Assembly (NCBI RefSeq): GCF_001194135.2
Contig: NC_069007.1
Span: forward strand, 11,439,899 to 11,492,329
Direction of reading: 5' to 3'
From: Octopus bimaculoides
Lineage: Eukaryota
DNA: 52,431 bases
The notes under the pieces are model-generated. The model saw nothing but the letters and a program-made list of their open reading frames with translations, did no database searches and was not told where the DNA came from. Below are positions 12,264-24,199 of this stretch, piece after piece; position 1 is the first letter of the stretch; each line of letters starts with the position of its first letter. The translations under genes were made by a program, and so were the position numbers.

Positions 12264-12633
12264 TTATTCTTTTATTTGTCTCAGTCATCTGACCATGCTG
12301 GAGCACCCCCTTTAGTCGAGCAAATTGACCCCAGGACTTATTCTTTGTAAGCTCAGTACTTATTCTATCAGTCTCTTTTGCTGAGCTGCTAAGCAAACGC
12401 ACCCACATCAGCTGTCAAGCGATGCTTGGTGGGGGGGGGGCACACAAACACACAAAAATGAATATTTATACAATAGGCTTCTTTCAGTTTCTGTCTGCGG
12501 AATGCACTCACAAGGCTTTGGTTGGCCCAAGGCTATAGTAGACGACACTTGCCCAAGGTGCCACGCAGTAGGATTGAACCCAGAACCATGTGGTTGGTAA
12601 GCAAGTTTCTTACCACACAGCCACTCATGTGCC
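12264..12633 (-). mobile_element. SINE family A composite (head + linker + tail)
   Basis: Head 12476-12633, tail 12264-12440 (gctggagcacc...gaccccaggacttattctttgtaagc). Confidence 0.85.
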
Positions 12634-12654
12634 TATATATATATATATATATCT

Positions 12655-13001
12655 TTTATCTTTTAATTTTTACTTCTTTCAGGCATTAGATTGTGACCAT
12701 GCTGGGGCACCACCTTGAAGAAGTTTTAGACAAATTAACCAACTCCAGTACCTTATTTTTTAAAGCCTGGTAGTTATTCTATCAGTCTCTTTCGACGAAC
12801 CACTAAGTCGCAGAGACATAAACATAACAACATTGGTGGGAGACAAACACAAACACAAAAAGCTATCTACACACACATACCATGGGCTTCCTTCAGTTTC
12901 TGTTTACTAAATCCATTCACAAGGCTTTCGTTGGCCCAGTGCAATAGTCAAAGTCACTTGCCCAAAGTGCCACACAGTGGGACTGAACCAGGAACCATGT
13001 A
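12655..13001 (-). mobile_element. SINE family A composite, adjacent second copy
   Basis: Same tail and head motifs as the 12264 copy, separated from it by (TA)n. Confidence 0.8.
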
Positions 13002-13449
13002 GTACAAATATATCCTGTATAAAACCAAACAGTGATACATTTGGATGATCTTCCTACGACTACTTCACATCTCCATGCAAATATTATTATCTGGTATTAA
13101 TTTCCATTTTTTTTTTTTTGTTAATTAAGCAGATAATACTTGGATTCATTTGAATAATTGAGAATGTCTCAGTCAAGATCTTGGCTAATCCTGTCTATAC
13201 ATATATATGTACTTTCATATTTCATGCATATTATATTGTGCACTTTCAAATTATCAAAACTTGTGTAACTCACACAGCTAAGATATTTCTCCAGCTTCTA
13301 TTGTTTTATGGTGAGTGGAAAATGTCCCCCTGGATAGAACACTTGTCTCTTGTGGGTTGGTTTTCACCCATGAGACAAATTAGATTCAGTCCAATATTTT
13401 CTCAAGAATCATTGAATAACTTCTGTGAATGGCATAATTAAATAATACA

Positions 13450-13602
13450 TGTGTGGTGCAGTTAAGAAGCTTGCTTTTCAAACACATGGCTCAGAGTTCA
13501 GTCCAACTGCATGGCACCTTGGACAAGTGTCTTCTACTATAGTCTCAGGCTGACCAAAGCCTTGTGAGTGGATTTGGTAGACAGAAACTGAAAGAAGCCC
13601 AT
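13450..13602 (+). mobile_element. SINE family A head
   Basis: gttaagaagcttgc...gagttcagtccaactgcatggcaccttggacaagtgtcttctactatag...gaaactgaaagaagccc. Confidence 0.85.
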
Positions 13603-13613
13603 TGTGTGTGTAT

Positions 13614-13933
13614 GTACAGGGTGCATAAGGTATTTGAGGACATACAATTTTGGGGTCATTGCTGCATTTTTTGCTAACTCTGTTACAAGAAATAAACTTT
13701 GTTACAAGAAATAAACTTTGTTACAAGAAATAATTGCGGCAGACTCTAAGCTTATTCAAGAAATGAAGAAATGTGCTGTTATTGTGGTTATAAAGGCTGA
13801 GCATAGTGATTTAGAAATATCTCAATTTTTAAAAGTTGCCAGAACTTTTGTGTACAAAGTTTGTAAGGAGATGGAAACATATCACCAGTATCAAAGCATA
13901 AAAGGATTCTAAATGCTCTGGAATCATCAGAAC
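13614..13933 (+). mobile_element. Tc1/mariner-superfamily 5' fragment with N-terminal HTH remnant
   Basis: Starts TA-CAGGGTG; encodes MKKCAVIVVIKAEHSDLEISQFLKVARTFVYKVCKEME; internal 19-bp tandem triplication tgttacaagaaataaactt. Confidence 0.55.
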
Positions 13934-13990
13934 TCAGAACGTAAAGACAGACAAAATACTGCTAAGCATTTCGCCCGGTGTGCTAACGTT

Positions 13991-14225
13991 TCTTATTTCT
14001 TTATTGCCCACAAGGGGCTAAACATAGAGGGGACAAACAAGGACAGACAAAGGGATTAAGTCGATTACATCGACCCCAGTGCGTAACTGGTACTTAATTT
14101 ATTGGGCCCCAAAAGGATGAAAGGCTAAGTTGACCCCGGCGGAATTTGAACTCAGAACGTAACGACAGATGAAATACTAGTAAGCATTTCGCCCGGCGTG
14201 CTAACGATTCTGCCAGCTTGCCACC
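13991..14225 (-). mobile_element. SINE family B (tRNA head + Meta-like central domain)
   Basis: RC: ggcaagctggcagaatcgttagcacg...ttctgagttcaaattccgcc...gcctttcatcctttt...aattaagtaccagtt...ctggggtcgat; an extra partial head lies at 13934-13990. Confidence 0.85.
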
Positions 14226-14782
14226 TTTTCTTTTTTTCTTCTTCTCTCTCTCTTTCCATTTCTCTTTTGTCTCCTTCCTCATCTTTGTCTTCTCCATCAN
14301 NNNNNNNNNNNNNNNNNNNNNNNNNNNNNNNNNNNNNNNNNNNNNNNNNNNNNNNNNNNNNNNNNNNNNNNNNNNNNNNNNNNNNNNNNNNNNNNNNNNN
14401 NNNNNNNNNNNNNNNNNNNNNNNNNNNNNNNNNNNNNNNNNNNNNNNNNNNNNNNNNNNNNNNNNNNNNNNNNNNNNNNNNNNNNNNNNNNNNNNNNNNN
14501 NNNNNNNNNNNNNNNNNNNNNNNNNNNNNNNNNNNNNNNNNNNNNNNNNNNNNNNNNNNNNNNNNNNNNNNNNNNNNNNNNNNNNNNNNNNNNNNNNNNN
14601 NNNNNNNNNNNNNNNNNNNNNNNNNNNNNNNNNNNNNNNNNNNNNNNNNNNNNNNNNNNNNNNNNNNNNNNNNNNNNNNNNNNNNNNNNNNNNNNNNNNN
14701 NNNNNNNNNNNNNNNNNNNNNNNNNNNNNNNNNNNNNNNNNNNNNNNNNNNNNNNNNNNNNNNNNNNNNNNNNNNNNNNNNN

Positions 14783-14825
<43 letters not shown>

Positions 14826-14846
14826 CCTGCCTATACATATATAGAC

Positions 14847-15003
14847 ACATGTGTGGTTGTGTGGTAAGAAGTTTGTTTCCCAACCACATGGTCCTGGGTT
14901 CACTTCCACTGTGTGGCACTTTGGGCATGTGTCTTTTACTATATTCTTGGCCTGACCAAACTTTGTGAGTGGATTTGGTAGAGGAGAGCTGAAAGAAGTC
15001 CAT
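14847..15003 (+). mobile_element. SINE family A head
   Basis: ggtaagaagtttgtttcccaaccacatggtcctgggttcacttccactgtgtggcactttgggca. Confidence 0.85.
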
Positions 15004-15023
15004 CATATATATACATATATATA

Positions 15024-15495
15024 AATTAATAAAAACAACTGTTTGCAAATACTATACCGCAAAGGAAAATTATAGTTGTCAACTAAACTTGACTAAGGGT
15101 GTGCTATAACCTACATTGCTAGAAATAAGAGCTAAAATGCTTGAATGCTGATACAAAGCACATAACACATACTCTGATATGGGCTGCAATTGCCCTGAAC
15201 ACCAAACCGAGAATTCCTTAGACTGCTCGGCTAGTTTCAGCAATTTCTGTTGCCATCTTCAACAAGGCCAGCTCATTTGGTTGAATCCAGGCTATCAGAG
15301 TATATATATTCACCATAAAAATCTATGGAGGTTTTAATAGATCACTAATGTGTATACAAAAAATTAATAAAAACAGCTGTTTGCAACATTATACTATAAC
15401 TAAACTTGACTAACAGAGTCAAGTTTAGTTACAGTATATTGCTAAACATAGGAGCTAAAATGCCCCAATGCTGTTACAAATCACATAGCACATAC
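15024..15495 (+). repeat. Two diverged direct copies of a ~140-bp unit (15024-15170, 15362-15495)
   Basis: Both start aattaataaaaaca.ctgtttgcaa and share actaaacttgactaa and gagctaaaatgc. Confidence 0.7.
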
Positions 15496-15682
15496 CAGTG
15501 TTGGTGTGTTTACATTCTCGTAACCTAGCAGTTCAGCAACAGAGACTGATGGAATAAGTGTCAGATTTTAAAAACAAAATCAGTACTGGTGTTGATTTAT
15601 TTGACTAAAAGATCCCTCAGGGTGGTGCTCCAGCTTGGCTGCAGTATAATAACTGAGGCAAATAGAAGAAAAAATAAAAGAT
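15495..15682 (+). mobile_element. SINE family A tail, solo
   Basis: gttggtgtgtttacattctcgtaacctagcagttcagcaa...ggtggtgctccagcttggctgcagt. Confidence 0.75.
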
Positions 15683-17067
15683 ACATACATAATACATGCA
15701 ACACATGCACACACGTAAGCATAATTTCACTCGTGTTCCATTTTAACGTCCACTTTTCCATGCTTGCCTGGGTTAGACAAAACTTAGTTTGGAGCAAATT
15801 TTTTCCTACGCTTGGATGCTTTTTCTGTCACCAACCCTCAGTTATTTCTGAGCAAATTAATATTTTCACTTAATCTGTAAACAAGCCATGCGTCTCCAAA
15901 GAGGATTGTAAAAAAATGACACTGTTTATTTGAATGGTGGCTTTTTATTTACAGTCAATGAGCACCTCTTGAGGGAAGGGGAGTACAAAGTTACACAGAG
16001 GCTTCTTCCAGTTTCTATCTCCTAAATTTCAGTCATTCAACATTGGTCAGCTCACAGCAATAATAGAAGACACCATTTGGCAAGGTCGATTCTGTAGGAT
16101 TGAAGCTAAGACTATATCGTCCTGACATTAACTTCTTAACCACATGGCCACACCTGCAACAAACAAGATAAGGACAAATACGTATTTGTTTATATGTATA
16201 TAGATGAAATTGATGTTTAAAAAAAAAAAACACACAGATTCTAAAACGCACACATCTGAGCCTGTCGTAGGTCAACTAACATGTTGAAATGTAACTTTCT
16301 TTTGGAAAATTCTTCCCTGATGAAATACCCAATAACCAGTTGAACATGAAAATTCAAATTAAATTGAACTGATTGGATATGGAAACAGCTGTAGGACTGG
16401 AATTTCATGATATAGATTTGAATATCGTTAAATAAACTGATGTCTGTAGGTCAATTTCTCCATTTTCTTCTTATTCTCATTTATATATATATATATATNN
16501 NNNNNNNNNNNNNNNNNNNNNNNNNNNNNNNNNNNNNNNNNNNNNNNNNNNNNNNNNNNNNNNNNNNNNNNNNNNNNNNNNNNNNNNNNNNNNNNNNNNN
16601 NNNNNNNNNNNNNNNNNNNNNNNNNNNNNNNNNNNNNNNNNNNNNNNNNNNNNNNNNNNNNNNNNNNNNNNNNNNNNNNNNNNNNNNNNNNNNNNNNNNN
16701 NNNNNNNNNNNNNNNNNNNNNNNNNNNNNNNNNNNNNNNNNNNNNNNNNNNNNNNNNNNNNNNNNNNNNNNNNNNNNNNNNNNNNNNNNNNNNNNNNNNN
16801 NNNNNNNNNNNNNNNNNNNNNNNNNNNNNNNNNNNNNNNNNNNNNNNNNNNNNNNNNNNNNNNNNNNNNNNNNNNNNNNNNNNNNNNNNNNNNNNNNNNN
16901 NNNNNNNNNNNNNNNNNNNNNNNNNNNNNNNNNNNNNNNNNNNNNNNNNNNNNNNNNNNNNNNNNNNNNNNNNNNNNNNNNNNNNNNNNNNNNNNNNNNN
17001 NNNNNNNNNNNNNNNNNNNNNNNNNNNNNNNNNNNNNNNNNNNNNNCAAACAGAGACATATAAACAT

Positions 17068-17110
<43 letters not shown>

Positions 17111-17115
17111 TATAT

Positions 17116-17231
17116 ACCAAATCCACTCACAAGGCTTTGGTCAGCCCGAGGCTATAGTAGAAGACACTTGCCGAAGGTGCCACGCAGTGGGACTGAACCT
17201 ATGTGGTTCATAAGCAAGCTACTTACCACAC
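17116..17231 (-). mobile_element. SINE family A head
   Basis: ccaaatccactcacaaggctttggtcagcccgaggctatagtagaagacacttgcc. Confidence 0.85.
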
Positions 17232-17239
17232 TAAACCTT

Positions 17240-17450
17240 TCTACTGGAACCACAAGGCCTCAAATTTGGGGGGAAGGGATTAAGCCGATTACATCAGCCT
17301 CAGTGCATAACTGGTACTTATTTAATCGACCACGAAAGGATGAAAGGCTGAGTCGACCTCGGCAGAATTTGAACTCAGAACGTTGCGACTAGTGAAATAC
17401 CGAGGTATTTTGTCTGGTGCACTAACGATTCTGCCACCTGGCTTGCCTTG
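17240..17450 (-). mobile_element. SINE family B
   Basis: actggtacttatttaatcgaccacgaaaggatgaaaggc...gaatttgaactcagaacg. Confidence 0.8.
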
Positions 17451-17547
17451 CGTGCGCTATGTAATAATACTGGGGTACTATTGACCCCTTCCATAGACTC
17501 AGGGTATCTATGACAACCCTGTATTATTACAAAACATACATCTTTTA

Positions 17548-17765
17548 TTTTTTATCTTTCATTTCTTTCAGTCATTTGACTGCAGCCATGCTGGAGCACT
17601 GCCTTGAGGAAATCTCAATCAAATGAATTGACCCGAGGACATTTTTTGTTAAACCTAATACTTATTCTGTCAGTGTCTTTTGCTGAACTGAACTGGTAAG
17701 TTACAGGGACATAAAAACAGCATCACTGTCACCAAGAGACAAGCACAGACACAAAGACACACACA
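17548..17765 (-). mobile_element. SINE family A tail
   Basis: cagtcatttgactgcagccatgctggagcactgcc...aatacttattctgtcagtgtcttttgctgaac. Confidence 0.75.
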
Positions 17766-19070
17766 CATATACTATATCTATCTATCTATCTATATATATA
17801 TATACACGTACATGCGCACACACACACACACACATATATTTGTGTATATATTATCATGACTGTCACCTTCAGCCGTTTACTGTCACTGGCAGTATGTATG
17901 TATACAATTATGTGCATTGACTGCAGCATCAGACCAATTTAGCTCTTATTTCTAGCATTGTAGGTATTCTCTTGTCATATTTAATGACAATTATGGTTTT
18001 CTTTTTTGGTGATACATTGCTAAACTGCTGCCTTATTTAATTATATATATATATTTATATATTTAATCCTTTATATTGAACACTCAATATTTCATCTATT
18101 CAATAAGACATATTCCATATATTCAATAAGACATTCAATACTTTATTTCATAGTACCATCCATTTTTATTTTATATTATATATTGTATATTATATTATAT
18201 ATTGTATATTCCATATTCTATATCTCACATTGGTTTTGCAGGAATATAAATAAAACATAAAAAACAGTGTTGGAATTTTTTTAAACAAAATAATATATTC
18301 CTCTATACAGAATCANNNNNNNNNNNNNNNNNNNNNNNNNNNNNNNNNNNNNNNNNNNNNNNNNNNNNNNNNNNNNNNNNNNNNNNNNNNNNNNNNNNNN
18401 NNNNNNNNNNNNNNNNNNNNNNNNNNNNNNNNNNNNNNNNNNNNNNNNNNNNNNNNNNNNNNNNNNNNNNNNNNNNNNNNNNNNNNNNNNNNNNNNNNNN
18501 NNNNNNNNNNNNNNNNNNNNNNNNNNNNNNNNNNNNNNNNNNNNNNNNNNNNNNNNNNNNNNNNNNNNNNNNNNNNNNNNNNNNNNNNNNNNNNNNNNNN
18601 NNNNNNNNNNNNNNNNNNNNNNNNNNNNNNNNNNNNNNNNNNNNNNNNNNNNNNNNNNNNNNNNNNNNNNNNNNNNNNNNNNNNNNNNNNNNNNNNNNNN
18701 NNNNNNNNNNNNNNNNNNNNNNNNNNNNNNNNNNNNNNNNNNNNNNNNNNNNNNNNNNNNNNNNNNNNNNNNNNNNNNNNNNNNNNNNNNNNNNNNNNNN
18801 NNNNNNNNNNNNNNNNNNNNNNNNNNNNNNNNNNNNNNNNNNNNNNNNNNNNNNNNNNNNNNNNNNNNNNNNNNNNNNNNNNNNNNNNNNNNNNNNNNNN
18901 NNNNNNNNNNNNNNNNNNNNNNNNNNNNNNNNNNNNNNNNNNNNNNNNNNNNNNNNNNNNNNNNNNNNNNNNNNNNNNNNNNNNNNNNNNNNNNNNNNNN
19001 NNNNNNNNNNNNNNNNNNNNNNNNNNNNNNNNNNNNNNNNNNNNNNNNNNNNNNNNNNNNNNTTAGTTTG

Positions 19071-19178
19071 CCCAAGAATATAGAAGATGATGCTTGCACA
19101 AAGTGCATGCATTGAGACTGAACCTGAAACCATCTGGTTGGGAAGTAAGCTTCTTACTACACAGCCACGCCTGCACCT
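19071..19178 (-). mobile_element. SINE family A head, partial
   Basis: gactgaacctgaaaccatctggttgggaagtaagcttcttactacacagccacgcctgcacc. Confidence 0.7.
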
Positions 19179-19945
19179 ATAAAGACATTTTCATATGCAT
19201 CGGCCAGGATATAATTGACTGAGAATATTTGCTGTACAGAAGCAAAGTTGTAAATACAAAATATATTTGAAGTCTTCTTTACATATAAAATCAATTCTGC
19301 CTCCCATCCTCTAAGACATACATATGATCACCATCACCATCATCATCATCATCATCACTATCATCACCACTACCACCTCCAATACCATCATATACCACCC
19401 CCCAACATGTATACAATGCCACCATCCCCCTCCCCCCCATATACACTCAATATGTCTGTCCAATTCTTGTCATTTCCCAACCACATAATTCTTGGGTTTT
19501 TTTCCATTCTTCCGCTTTTTACCTTAATTTTCCCATCCATTAACTATGTCTCCCGCTCTTTCACACACTCTCTCTCTCTCTTTCTCTTACACTGTCTTTC
19601 CTTCCTTGTGTGCATACTCACACACATGTGCACACATATATACATACATGCAAATGTAGTTATCAACACACACACACAAATAAGTATATATACATACATA
19701 TATATGTACATGTATATAAAATTAACCGTCCAAAATATTCCAGTCTTTTCCTCTCTTTGATGCTGCCTAATGACATTTTCTTAGTTTTGCCATTCTTTGT
19801 CTTCCATCATGTAGAATTCTACATCCATCTTTCATTATGTATACACACAAATGTACTTATGTCAGTATATGAATATATATGCATATGTGTATGTATGTAT
19901 ACATATATATATATTCACAGTTTTAAAACTAGTTTTTTCTCTATT

Positions 19946-19977
<32 letters not shown>

Positions 19978-20137
19978 CACACACACACATATGTGGGTGT
20001 ATCTATATATATATGTGGGGTGGGTAGACACAAGCAGGGTTGTTTGATTAAGAAGTTCATTTTGCAACCACATTGTTTTAAGTTCACTCCCAGTGCTAGG
20101 CACCCACTGATAGGTACGTATGTATGTATATATATAA

Positions 20138-20400
20138 GGCACAAATAAATATGTGTCCATATTGCAGTGGTGAAATGATTAGAAAAGACTATTTAATGAT
20201 GTCACACGGCTAAAATGATCCAAGATTTGTTGGATGAGAATGGCATTAAAAAGTTTCCATGGCCAAACCAGTGACCAGATATGAACCCTATTGAACACTT
20301 CTGGGACATAATGAACAGGGTGTCTTCAAAGCTAGATCTTTGGAGATTACTACATGAAGCTTGGCAAGAAATTCTGCAAGAGAATATTCATCATAGGGTC
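20138..20400 (+). pseudogene. Tc1 transposase C-terminal fragment, copy 1
   Basis: Encodes HTAKMIQDLLDENGIKKFPWPNQ*PDMNPIEHFWDIM (WPxxSPDLNPIE motif). Confidence 0.8.
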
Positions 20401-20403
20401 CTA

Positions 20404-20557
20404 ATAGGCACAGGAGTGACCGTGTGGTAAGAAGCTTGCTTACCAACCACATGGTTCCAGGTTTAGTCCCACTGCATGGCACCATGTAACTTCTACTATC
20501 GCCTTGACCTGACTAAAGCCTTGAGAGTGGATTTGGTAGACAGAAACTGAAAGAAGC

Positions 20558-20637
<80 letters not shown>

Positions 20638-20840
20638 TTGTGTGTCTGTGTTTGTCCCCCCACCATCCCTTGAGAACTGATGTTGGTGTTTTTATGTCCC
20701 CTATAACTTAGCGGTTCAGCAAAAAAGACCGATAGAATAAGTATTAGGCTTACAAAGAATAAGTCCTGGGTTCAATTTGTTTGACTAAAGGTGGTGCTCC
20801 AGCATGGCCACAGTCAACTGACTGAAACAAATAAAAGAAT
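20404..20840 (+). mobile_element. SINE family A composite with internal (TA)n
   Basis: Head 20404-20560, about 75 bp of (TA)n, tail 20640-20840. Confidence 0.9.
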
Positions 20841-20861
20841 ATATATGTATACAGGGACATG

Positions 20862-21490
20862 CCAAAAGTAAATAGGCACTCTTATAATCATCAGAATTTA
20901 TTTAAATCTTAAATTATACATTTAAATTATTTATTAATGGTTATAATGTTAATATTTAATATCTAGTAGACATGCCCTTTGCATTTTTCAATGCAAGGAC
21001 TCTATTACGCATGTTAATGATCAGATGACGAATATTCTCTTGAGGAATTTCTTGCCAAGTTTCATGCAGTAATCTCCAAAGATCTAGGTTTGAAGATGCT
21101 TTCTTGTTCTTTTTATGAAGTGCCTTGTCCATTATGTCTCAGAAGTGTTCAATAGGGTTCGTATCTGGTGACTGGTTTGGCTATGGAAGCTTTTTAATGC
21201 CATTCTCATCCAACAAATCTTGAGTCATTTTAGCTGTGTGACAAGGAGCCCCATCTTCCATAAATAAAGAGCCTTCTTTAATCATTTCACCCCTGGAGAA
21301 TGACTGGAAGGAGTCATTTATGCAATATGGACATATATTTATCTGAGTTTGTTTCCCTCAATCTCCACCAGCTCTGATCAACCATTGCTCCCCAGACCAG
21401 AATAGCTGCCGTGTTTCATTGTTGGCTGCAATCCTTTGACATTAAATTCTTGATCACTGAGTCTCTAGACCTACACTCAACTACCGTCAG
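20862..21490 (-). pseudogene. Tc1 (DD34E) transposase 3' part with terminal repeat, copy 2
   Basis: RC encodes LQPTMKHG and SLFMEDGAPCHTAKMTQDLLDENGIKKLP*PNQSPDTNPIEHF*; 34 residues between D and E; the end reads TA-CAGGG at about 20868. Confidence 0.85.
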
Positions 21491-21837
21491 GAAATATAGT
21501 AAATCTAGACTGGCTGCTGTTTATAGCAGGTAAAATAAAATAGAGGCACCATTCACTGTATCATTTTGTGCTCGTTTTGATAAGATGGTAAGGTATGGTT
21601 TAAGGGAGGACTGGCTGCTGTTTCTAGCAATGTAAGTAACCATATAGAGACACCTACTCACTACCTCATTAATTTCTACAAAAAATATAAAACTGTTTTT
21701 TTAGCTACTTGAAAACTCTAAGGAGTACTGGAATCTCAGAGTGTCACCAACTGAAGCTGGTTGACAACAATGACGACGGTGATGACAACACATCAAATAC
21801 AGAATAGACAACACATCAGAAAGTCAGTCAATGTAGA

Positions 21838-22450
21838 CCACTATCCCAGAAAGAATATAAGAGACATCATAACAATATAGCAAGGATTGTCCATTGGACA
21901 ATTTGCAGCAAGTATAGTCTTGACAGAGCAAAAAAGTGGTACGAACATAAACCCAAGGGCATCATTGAAAATGATGATGCAAAGATCCTATGGGATCTTA
22001 TGATTCAGTGCAACCATGAGATAGAGAATAGGAAACCAGATATAGCTTTAAATGAGAAAGAAAGCAAATGATGCTGGATCATAGATATAACAAGCCCAGA
22101 TGACAACAAGGTATGTGATGAGGAAGAAAGGAAAGTTGATTGATATGACAGGTTAGCTTGGGAGGTTAAGCAGCTGTAGTCGTTGAAAAAGGTGGTAGTA
22201 GTACCAATAATTGTCGGAGCCCTGGGAACAGTGAGTAAAAATCTCGAGAAGTACATGGAACAAATAGGGGCTGCAATAAAGGTGGAGCACTTGTAGAAAA
22301 CAGCACTGCTTGGAACCACTCGAATATTCCGGATGGTGCTCGGAAAATAAGGGGTGTTACCTTAGTTCACTGGTAGTGAACAGCTGACACCGTAGTACAT
22401 CTCCAGCATTAGAAGCTGTGCAAAGACAATAAAATAATAACAATAATAGG
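21838..22450 (+). mobile_element. R4/Dong-clade non-LTR retrotransposon 3' end (RLE domain)
   Basis: One frame with 4 stops: LSQKEYKRHHNNIARIVHW...WYEHKPKGIIENDDAKILWD...NRKPDI...IIDITSP...VPIIVGALGTV...KTALLGTTRIFRMVL; followed by a short 3' UTR and a (taa)-like tail. Confidence 0.9.
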
Positions 22451-22554
22451 TGTACCCTTATCAGACAGATAGTCATGGTGGGTATACTGGGCTTCGTATA
22501 TTTGTACCCCAGTGTCACTTTGATGGCATGCACTGCTTTCTTACTCAATAATAA

Positions 22555-22765
22555 TCCATTCTATTGAAGGCACAAGGCTTCAAATTTGTGGGGAGGGGAC
22601 TAGTTGATTACATCGACCCCCAGTACTTGACTGGTACTTAATTTATCAACCTTGAAAGGATGAAAGGCCAAATCAACCTCGGCAGAATTTGAACTCAGAA
22701 CATAAAGACTGATGAAATAATGCTAAGCATTTCACCCAGTGGGGTAACAATTTTGCCACTTCATC
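22555..22765 (-). mobile_element. SINE family B
   Basis: ggcacaaggcttcaaattt...gattacatcgacccccagtacttgactggtacttaattt...gaatttgaactcagaac. Confidence 0.8.
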
Positions 22766-22909
22766 ACCCTAATAATAATAATAATAATAATTATAATAAG
22801 ACAGTTTATTACATTTTATTAATTTATTTCCAACATAAATCACCTAATCACAGGCAAGTGATACACAGATGTATACATGTATTGATACACACACACACAC
22901 ACACTTACA

Positions 22910-22949
<40 letters not shown>

Positions 22950-23738
22950 AATACATGCTTGATGCTGATATACAAACTGTTGCATAAATAGCATAAAATG
23001 TAAACATGGGACTCTATTTATATTTATGAGAACAGTATTAAAAAATGTCTCGTGCCTTTGTGTGTACATGCGTTTGTGTAGGCACATGTGAGCATGCACG
23101 CATGTGTGTGTGTGCTTTCATATATACATATATATAGATAACCATATATTCATATATATATGTATATATTTGCATATGTGTATGTGTACATATATATATA
23201 TAAATATGTACATACATATTACATGTATGTATATATAAATATATATATGTCAAATATGTATAATCATGTATTCATATTTGTTTGTGTATATGCATGTATA
23301 CCTGATAAATCCCGATTTAAAAGGATTAATTAAAGCACTCAAAGAGGGAAAATGAAAAACAAACACACAAGAAACCAAGGAGGAAATGATGTGATGTTTG
23401 TCCCAGAACCTTTAAAAGTACATGTGATCTGAGGGGGGGACGGGTGTTATTAGTGGTAGGGATGGCTGGGGTGGTGATGGTTTTATTGCTTGAGGTTGTT
23501 GTTGCTGTTGTTGTTGTCAAGGTAGAAATTTGTAGAATATGAGAGTAAGATAGAAATATATCACATTTGATGTGTGTGTGTGTATCTATCTATCCATATG
23601 TATGTATGTATTTTTGAATGCATGTATGTATATGAGTGTTTGTATGCAAATATTTGTATTTGTGCTTACACTCAGTTTGCACATTCACATATTATCTGTG
23701 TATATCTGTACATTTATGTATTGATATACTTTTCATTA

Positions 23739-23781
<43 letters not shown>

Positions 23782-24167
23782 GTGTGTATATAATTATGTA
23801 TGTGTGTGTCTGTGTATATAAATGTATATATACTTGTATATATATGTATATTATTTATTATGTAATATATATATATCCATATGTATTTGTGTGTATATAT
23901 ATATGTATGTAGGTAGGTATGTATGTATGTACATGTGTGTATGTATATTGAATTAGAAAGTGGGAATAAAAGAATTTATGAAAAGACAAAAAAAAAACGA
24001 AAGGAAAGAAGTTGAGAAATGAATTAAAAGAGAAGAAAATTGAGCAAGAAAGGGAGGAGATGATATTATTACTACCACAACCACCACCACCACTGTATAA
24101 AATCAATAAGGAAAAAGAGAAGCTAAAGAGATTTGAAAATGTAATAAGTTAATATAAAAATATTCAG

Positions 24168-24199
<32 letters not shown>

